Source: Candidatus Latescibacterota bacterium (GTDB lineage Bacteria; Latescibacterota; UBA2968). Taken from it: 64,000 bases of DNA. The stretch's first letter is position 1. Each line of letters opens with the position of its first letter. A model generated the notes under the pieces. It had not been told where the DNA came from, did no database searches, and saw only the letters and a list, made by a program, of their open reading frames with translations. Below are positions 58,557 through 64,000 of the stretch, in pieces. The position numbers and the translations under genes were made by a program. The stretch covers positions 3,200,001-3,264,000 of the forward strand of contig OZ242320.1 in NCBI GenBank assembly GCA_965208125.1, read 5' to 3'.

Positions 58557-58727
58557 ATGCCAGAATTTACGCGCTATGATTTGATTCTGATGGCGATTAC
58601 CGGAGGACTTTTTATCGTGGGATTGTGGTGTACGATTTTTGCCTTTCTCTATGGATTTATGAAGCGGTTAGATCAGATTATTTTGCTGTTGAAGCAGGCG
58701 AATCGAGATGCCGATGCGGATTCTTGA
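58557..58727 (+). CDS. 56-aa single-TM small protein (absent from the ORF track)
   Basis: AAGGAGG RBS; MPEFTRYDLILMAITGGLFIVGLWCTIFAFLYGFMKRLDQIILLLKQANRDADADS. Confidence 0.7.
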   Translation: MPEFTRYDLILMAITGGLFIVGLWCTIFAFLYGFMKRLDQIILLLKQANRDADADS

Positions 58728-58804
58728 GAATGGTTGCCAATTTTACCTGAGGCATTTATATTGGGCAAAATAGTTCCTGAAAACAAATTCAGAAAGGACG
58801 CTGA

Positions 58805-60202
58805 ATGAGCAAACCGAATATTTTGATGATTATAACCGATCAGCAGCGGTGGGATGCGCTGAGTTGTGTGAGCGACTGGTTGGAGACGCCCAATATGGAC
58901 CGCATTGCGGCCGAGGGCGTGCGGTTTTCAAATTGCGTGACCAATTCGCCGGTGTGTATTCCAACGCGGTTGAGTCTGGCTACTGGACATTATCCGCACA
59001 ATACGGGTGTGTGGGATAATCAGAATCACACGTTATCGCCAGATTGTCCAACGTGGATGCAGGCAGTGCGCGATGCGGGGTATCGCACGAGTCTGTTTGG
59101 CAAGACGCATTTACATCCGCACGGAGGCGATTTGAGGGATCGCGAGCATTTGATGCACAGTTATGGGCTTGATGATGTGGATGAAATCGGCGGGCCAAGG
59201 GCGAGTGCGCGGTGTCTGTCGTACATGACGGCGATGTGGGAGGAGAAGGGGTTGTGGGATGCGTATCAGGCAGATTTCGAGGAGCGTTTTAGCAATAAGC
59301 CCTGGGTGACGCGGCCATCGACATTGCCTTTTGAGGATTATGCAGATGTGTATGTGGGGCAGCAGGCGAAGAAATATCTGGCGGGATATGACCGCGATCA
59401 ACCGTGGTTCTGTTGGGTGAGTTTTGGCGGGCCGCACGAACCGTGGGATACGCCAGAGCCCCATTATAGCCGGTATAACCCGGAGGATATGCCCGATCCG
59501 GTTGTTCCGATAGAGGATGATCGCGAGCGCCCACAGGGTTTGTTGGACGCCAAACAAAAGATACCGTTTGAACCGGAGGAAGAGAAATTGTTGCGCGCAA
59601 ATTACGCGGGCAATGTCACGTTGATTGACGATCAGATTGGCGAGATTTTCGATGTGATTGAACAGCGCGGTGAGATGGATAATACGGTTGTTGTGCTGAC
59701 GTCGGATCACGGCGAGATGAATGGGGATTACGGTTTTATTTACAAGAGCAATCTTTTAAATGGCGCGGTGCGGGTTCCCCTGCTGATTCGCACGCCCGGG
59801 ACGGCGAGTGGTGATGTTGCAGGATCTGTGTGTGACAGTCCGATTGAGTGGTTTGATGTGGGACCGACGCTGGTTGAGCTTGCAGGTGGGGAAGTCGATT
59901 TCAGGCAGTTTGCCAAATCGGCCTGTCCCGTTCTGGAAGATCCGACGCGAGAACACCGCACAGAAGCGATATCGGAATACGGCGGGGAAATTATGTTGTT
60001 GAATCGCGAATGGAAAATCGCGCTGAATCGCGAAGGGCAGCCCTATTTGCTTTTCAATGTGCAAGAAGATCCCGATGAGGTGAATAATCTCGCGGGTTTG
60101 CCCGAGATGGCCGAGGTTGAGAATCAACTGCGTCTGCGGATTCTCGATCGCGTGGCTTCGTCACAGGTTTTGTCGGGGGCGCATTTTGCGTTGGGGACAT
60201 GA
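58805..60202 (+). CDS. Cys-type sulfatase
   Basis: PNILMIITDQQR, CIPTR, GKTH, PHEPWD, SDHGEM. Confidence 0.9.
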   Translation: MSKPNILMIITDQQRWDALSCVSDWLETPNMDRIAAEGVRFSNCVTNSPVCIPTRLSLATGHYPHNTGVWDNQNHTLSPDCPTWMQAVRDAGYRTSLFGKTHLHPHGGDLRDREHLMHSYGLDDVDEIGGPRASARCLSYMTAMWEEKGLWDAYQADFEERFSNKPWVTRPSTLPFEDYADVYVGQQAKKYLAGYDRDQPWFCWVSFGGPHEPWDTPEPHYSRYNPEDMPDPVVPIEDDRERPQGLLDAKQKIPFEPEEEKLLRANYAGNVTLIDDQIGEIFDVIEQRGEMDNTVVVLTSDHGEMNGDYGFIYKSNLLNGAVRVPLLIRTPGTASGDVAGSVCDSPIEWFDVGPTLVELAGGEVDFRQFAKSACPVLEDPTREHRTEAISEYGGEIMLLNREWKIALNREGQPYLLFNVQEDPDEVNNLAGLPEMAEVENQLRLRILDRVASSQVLSGAHFALGT

Positions 60203-60252
60203 AATGGCCTGGTATCTGAGGGTGAGTATTAAGATGATCAAGTGAGGGCTCT

Positions 60253-60495
60253 ATGCTAACTACATATATCCAATCCGCTATGAAACACGCGAAATACGAG
60301 ATCCTTGATGACCAAACGTTCTATGGAGAAATAGAAGGCTTTCAAGGTGTGTATGCCAATGCAAATACCTTAGAAATGTGTCGCGAGGATTTGCAATCCG
60401 TACTCGAAGGTTGGATCATTCTCGGCTTGAGAATGGGGCATCCGCTTCCGGAAGTAGATGGGGTGCGTTTGGACGCTGTATTGGAGTCTGTGTAA
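60253..60495 (+). CDS. HicB-like antitoxin (short form, no obvious DNA-binding domain)
   Basis: MLTTYIQSAM..AKYEIL, GEIEGFQGVYA, LEGWI..GL, PLP. Confidence 0.85.
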   Translation: MLTTYIQSAMKHAKYEILDDQTFYGEIEGFQGVYANANTLEMCREDLQSVLEGWIILGLRMGHPLPEVDGVRLDAVLESV

Positions 60496-60713
60496 TGCCC
60501 AAATTTGGGCCAATTAGTCGCCGCGATCTAATTCGCTATTTGAGGCAATTGGGATTTGAAGGTCCGTATCCTGGAGGCAAGCATCATTATATGGTTCGAG
60601 AAACAATACGTCTTGCCATTCCCAACCCGCATCGTGGTGATATTGGACGTGGACTTTTGCACAGGCTTTTGCAGCAAGCGAATGTCAGCCGAGAAATTTG
60701 GGAGAATTTGTAG
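60495..60713 (+). CDS. HicA-like mRNA interferase toxin
   Basis: MPKFGPISRRDLIRYLRQLGF.GPYPGGKH, IPNPH; TAATG overlap with the antitoxin. Confidence 0.85.
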   Translation: MPKFGPISRRDLIRYLRQLGFEGPYPGGKHHYMVRETIRLAIPNPHRGDIGRGLLHRLLQQANVSREIWENL

Positions 60714-60746
60714 CATATCAATTAAATTCTTGTTTGAGGAGAGATT

Positions 60747-62240
60747 ATGTTTAATGGCAAGCCCCATATCATTTTTATCATCACCGACCAGCAACGGTTT
60801 GATACCATCAGCGCCTGGGGATATGATTATATGGTTACGCCCACGCTGGATCGGCTCGCGCGTGAGAGTGTGTCGTTTCGCCAGGCGTATTGTCCCGGCG
60901 CGACGTGTGTGGCATCGCGGGCGGCGATTTTTACGGGTATGTATCCTCATACGACGGGTGTTTATAGTTTTGATCACTGGGCGAATCACCGCAACTGGGT
61001 GCAGGATTTATCGGATGCGGGCTATTATTGCGTGAATATTGGCAAGATGCACCTGACGCCGCGCGATGTTCCCGGTGGATTTCACGAGCGCGTTATTGTG
61101 GAAAATCCCACGAATAAGGCGCTGGATGGTGGCGGGGCAGATGACGATTGGGGCAGGTACATGACGTTTCACAATGTGAAGCGGCCCAATGATCGCAATA
61201 AGGCAGATCCCGAATGGCTCAACAAGTGTCAGGGGGTCGTTTGGCACGAGGAGGAGCGGTTTCACAGCGATGTGTTTATCGGTAATTCCGCGTTGAACTG
61301 GATTCGCAACCACCGGGGCGATAACCCGCTGTTTCTCCAGATCGGATTTACGGGACCTCACGAGCCCTGGGATCCTTTGCCAAGACATTTGGATTTGTAT
61401 CGCGATCGAGATATGCCGCCGTGTGTGAAGCGGGATAGAGAGTTGGAAGAGAAGCCACCGCAACATGCGGCGCATCTGGATATGCACGCGACGACCGATC
61501 ACGAATCGCAAATCGATTTGCGCGGGCGCACAGATGATGAACTCGCCGAGATGAAGCGGCATTATTACGGAAATATTTCGACGGTTGATGAAAAGCTGGG
61601 CGAGATTCTGGATGCCCTGCAAGCGCGGGGGTGGTTGGAGAATAGTTTGTTGATTTTTTGTTCTGATCACGGCGAGATGCTGGGCGATCACGGGCTGGCG
61701 TATAAGTGGTTGATGTACGATCCGATTGTGCATATTCCGCTGATGATTCGCACGCCGCAATCTGTTCACCGTCCGTGCGAAACGCGCGATCTGGTTTCAC
61801 TTATGGATTTGGGACCTACGATTCTGAAGGCTGCGGGGGTAGCTGTTCCGACCTATTTGGAGGGGCGTTCTTTGATGCCGTATTTGAATGGGGAGACGCC
61901 CGTGCCGCGGAAATACGTTTTTTGCGAGGACAATTATCAGATTATGATGCGGTCACAGACCCATAAGATGGTGTATTATATCGGGCAATCAGAAGGCGAG
62001 TTGTATGATTTAGACCGCGATTCCGGAGAGTTGTGGAATGTGTGGGATCAGTCTGAATACGCCGATGTGAAAGGCGAGATGTTTGCGGATTTGCTCAGTT
62101 GGATGGCGACGAGCAATTATTACAATGCCGGATACAAGCGCCAGCGCAGCAAGCAATACGGCATGCGATGGCCCTCGGAAAACGACGCGTATTTGCACGG
62201 GCGCAAAGGGCAATCAAAACCCCGAGTTGTCGATTTGTAG
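60747..62240 (+). CDS. Cys-type sulfatase
   Basis: PHIIFIITDQQR, CVASR, GKMH, PHEPWD, SDHGEM. Confidence 0.9.
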   Translation: MFNGKPHIIFIITDQQRFDTISAWGYDYMVTPTLDRLARESVSFRQAYCPGATCVASRAAIFTGMYPHTTGVYSFDHWANHRNWVQDLSDAGYYCVNIGKMHLTPRDVPGGFHERVIVENPTNKALDGGGADDDWGRYMTFHNVKRPNDRNKADPEWLNKCQGVVWHEEERFHSDVFIGNSALNWIRNHRGDNPLFLQIGFTGPHEPWDPLPRHLDLYRDRDMPPCVKRDRELEEKPPQHAAHLDMHATTDHESQIDLRGRTDDELAEMKRHYYGNISTVDEKLGEILDALQARGWLENSLLIFCSDHGEMLGDHGLAYKWLMYDPIVHIPLMIRTPQSVHRPCETRDLVSLMDLGPTILKAAGVAVPTYLEGRSLMPYLNGETPVPRKYVFCEDNYQIMMRSQTHKMVYYIGQSEGELYDLDRDSGELWNVWDQSEYADVKGEMFADLLSWMATSNYYNAGYKRQRSKQYGMRWPSENDAYLHGRKGQSKPRVVDL

Positions 62241-62287
62241 AGGGTGATATACAATATGATCGCAGACTTGTGAGAAGAGGAGACGCA

Positions 62288-63079
62288 ATGGCGACGCTAC
62301 AACTGAAAGTGCAGTACTTCCAAGACAGCACGCCCACAGAAGTGCCCTGCCGTGAGGAAAATTTCGTCGTGCGGGAACTGGATTTCGCCCTGCCAGTCGA
62401 GCAGACGGCGCTCGTGCTAATCGACCTGTGGAACGTGCATCACATCGATAGCTGGATCGAGCGCGCCGAGGCGGTGACCAAGGAAGTGATTGCGCCGCTT
62501 ATCGGGCGAGCGCGCGAATACGGCCTGACCATCGTGCAGGCACCCAGTCCCGGAGTACTGGCCAATTTCCCGGATAAGTACGAGGTGTACCAAGGCTGCA
62601 CGCCCGAGCCTGAACCGGGGTCGCCGCCGAGTTGGCCGCCAGCCGAGTTCCGCAACCGGCAGGGGACGTACGCCTGTTTCCGGGGGCCGCGCAACCAAGA
62701 GCCGGGCATTGATCTTTATTGGCAGAGCCTAACCGGGCAACTCGATCTTTCGCCCCACATCGCCGTGGAGGAAGGGGACTTTGTCGTGGGCACGGGCCAG
62801 CAACTGCACGATTTGTGCCAAGAGCGCGGCATTCTGCATTTGCTCTTCGCCGGCTTTGCGACCAACTGGTGTATATTGGGCCGCGACTACGGGGTTCGCG
62901 CCATGCGCGGGCGGGGCTATAACACCATTTTGGTGCGAGACGCCACGGACGGAGTGGAATTTCCCGATACACTAGAGGCTAAGTGGGCCACGGAATTGGC
63001 CGTGCGCGAAGTCGAGCAAGTGCATGGCTTTTCCACCTCGACAGCCGATTTTTACGCCGCCTGCACCGCTTTGGATTGA
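62288..63079 (+). CDS. Isochorismatase/cysteine hydrolase family protein
   Basis: TALVLIDLW, LFAGFATNWC, LVRDAT; start MATLQ after GAGGAG. Confidence 0.8.
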   Translation: MATLQLKVQYFQDSTPTEVPCREENFVVRELDFALPVEQTALVLIDLWNVHHIDSWIERAEAVTKEVIAPLIGRAREYGLTIVQAPSPGVLANFPDKYEVYQGCTPEPEPGSPPSWPPAEFRNRQGTYACFRGPRNQEPGIDLYWQSLTGQLDLSPHIAVEEGDFVVGTGQQLHDLCQERGILHLLFAGFATNWCILGRDYGVRAMRGRGYNTILVRDATDGVEFPDTLEAKWATELAVREVEQVHGFSTSTADFYAACTALD

Positions 63080-63276
63080 TAGGATAGTAACGCGCTTTGG
63101 AGGAGCACGTGCGGCGGCTTTTGCGGTCGTGCAAATCCTATTGTCTAGCGCCGTGTACGCGCATCAACAATGGCATTACACGGGTGACCATGTCGTCGAT
63201 TAAGACTTGTGCCTTTTAGATAGTCGTATATATTTTTGATTATAAATGTGCTAATGTTAATCCATATTACACAGAG

Positions 63277-63594
63277 GTGGACATCTTGAAGAAAACAACT
63301 CCTATGGTACATCGCGTTCCTTTAACCAAAGCCCGCACCAATTTGGGACAGATCGTGCGACGAGCGCACCTCAACAACGAGTGTTTCATCCTGGAAAAGA
63401 ACGGTATTCCCATTGCTGGTATTATGGACATAGATGATATGGAAGATTGGTTAGAACTCCAGGATCCCGAGATGCAGGAACAGATTGCGGAGGGGTATAA
63501 AGAATATCGACAAGGCAAAACCAGACCTCTGGATGAGTTTTTGTCTGAACTCCATGCTGGCGACGACCCCAAAAAAGTAAAAACGTATTCATAG
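63277..63594 (+). CDS. Phd/YefM family antitoxin
   Basis: LTKARTNLGQIV, ILEKNGIPIA, acidic C-terminus; start uncertain. Confidence 0.85.
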   Translation: MDILKKTTPMVHRVPLTKARTNLGQIVRRAHLNNECFILEKNGIPIAGIMDIDDMEDWLELQDPEMQEQIAEGYKEYRQGKTRPLDEFLSELHAGDDPKKVKTYS

Positions 63595-63606
63595 GCACTA
63601 TCTATA

Positions 63607-63891
63607 ATGCCGCAACCGTTTCTTGTTCGTACTTCATCTCGATTTCTGCGCGATGCTCGAAGACGCCTTAGACAAAATCCCAAACTGGTGGAAGTCCTTG
63701 AGGGGTTACGTGTCATTCTCGGCGAGGATCCCTATAATCGCACGAGGCAACACCATATTAAAAAACTCAAGGATATAAAACCGGGTGAGGGCCAGTGGCG
63801 CATTCGGCATGGCGACTATCGCCTGCGTTATGATATATTCGGTAAGGAAGTCGTTCTATACTCTTTTCGGCATCGTAGAGAAGTGTATTGA
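63607..63891 (+). CDS. RelE/ParE family toxin
   Basis: Basic 94 aa; IKKLK, WRIRHGDYRLRY, HRREVY. Confidence 0.88.
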   Translation: MPQPFLVRTSSRFLRDARRRLRQNPKLVEVLEGLRVILGEDPYNRTRQHHIKKLKDIKPGEGQWRIRHGDYRLRYDIFGKEVVLYSFRHRREVY

Positions 63892-63902
63892 CTGATCACA
63901 AC

Positions 63903-63935
63903 AAAAGCCCTCCTGAAAAAGACAGGAGGGCTTTT
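63903..63935. terminator. Bidirectional intrinsic terminator
   Basis: AAAAGCCCTCCTG-aaaaaga-CAGGAGGGCTTTT. Confidence 0.85.
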
Positions 63936-63957
63936 CTATTTAATATTTCCTTTTTAT

Positions 63958-64000
63958 TTACACAGAAACGACTTGTCGCGTGTCTTCGATCTCGGCGTCG
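63958..64000 (-). CDS. Probable 3' end of a CDS entering from the right edge
   Basis: Minus-strand frame DAEIEDTRQVVSV-stop converging on the terminator. Confidence 0.4.
   Translation of the reverse strand, partial: DAEIEDTRQVVSV

Noticed and set aside
60378-60494. N-terminal extension of the 111-aa HicA ORF
   Set aside because: It overlaps hicB; the real start is the TAATG-coupled ATG at 60495
1-64000. tRNA, rRNA, CRISPR arrays, integrases, known riboswitches and selenocysteine read-through in the redox genes
   Set aside because: None recognised by eye; trxA and tlpA have ordinary CxxC motifs. A covariance-model search would be needed to exclude small RNAs

Overview
Bacterial chromosomal window with about 60 CDS and no rRNA, tRNA, CRISPR array or transposase visible. 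The content (four Cys-type sulfatases, tandem PhyH-type Fe/2OG enzymes, Gfo/Idh/MocA oxidoreductases, two TA modules, a lipoprotein serpin, and FCB-style yggS-divIVA-dksA-lspA-rluD and tilS-ftsH-folP blocks) suggests an FCB-related, possibly host-associated (e.g. sponge-symbiont) bacterium; this is inference only. Best candidate for an undescribed system: a complete partner-switching cascade (STAS, REC-PP2C, RsbW-like kinase, periplasmic binding protein, TorS-like histidine kinase) that ends in an ammonium transporter with no glnK and no sigma factor. About 5 kb upstream lies an NCS2 permease with altered substrate-site residues fused to a catalytically degenerate RsbW-like domain, a probable transceptor. 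Other highlights: a PhyH paralog pair in which one copy has the H-x-G motif typical of Fe/2OG halogenases; an orphan beta-RFAP synthase; a PspA/DUF4178/DUF350/spermidine-synthase locus split into convergent halves with a terminator-like hairpin abutting the speE start; REP-like palindromes and heptamer repeats; and an unannotated 56-aa membrane protein. All family calls are motif recognition by eye, not database searches.
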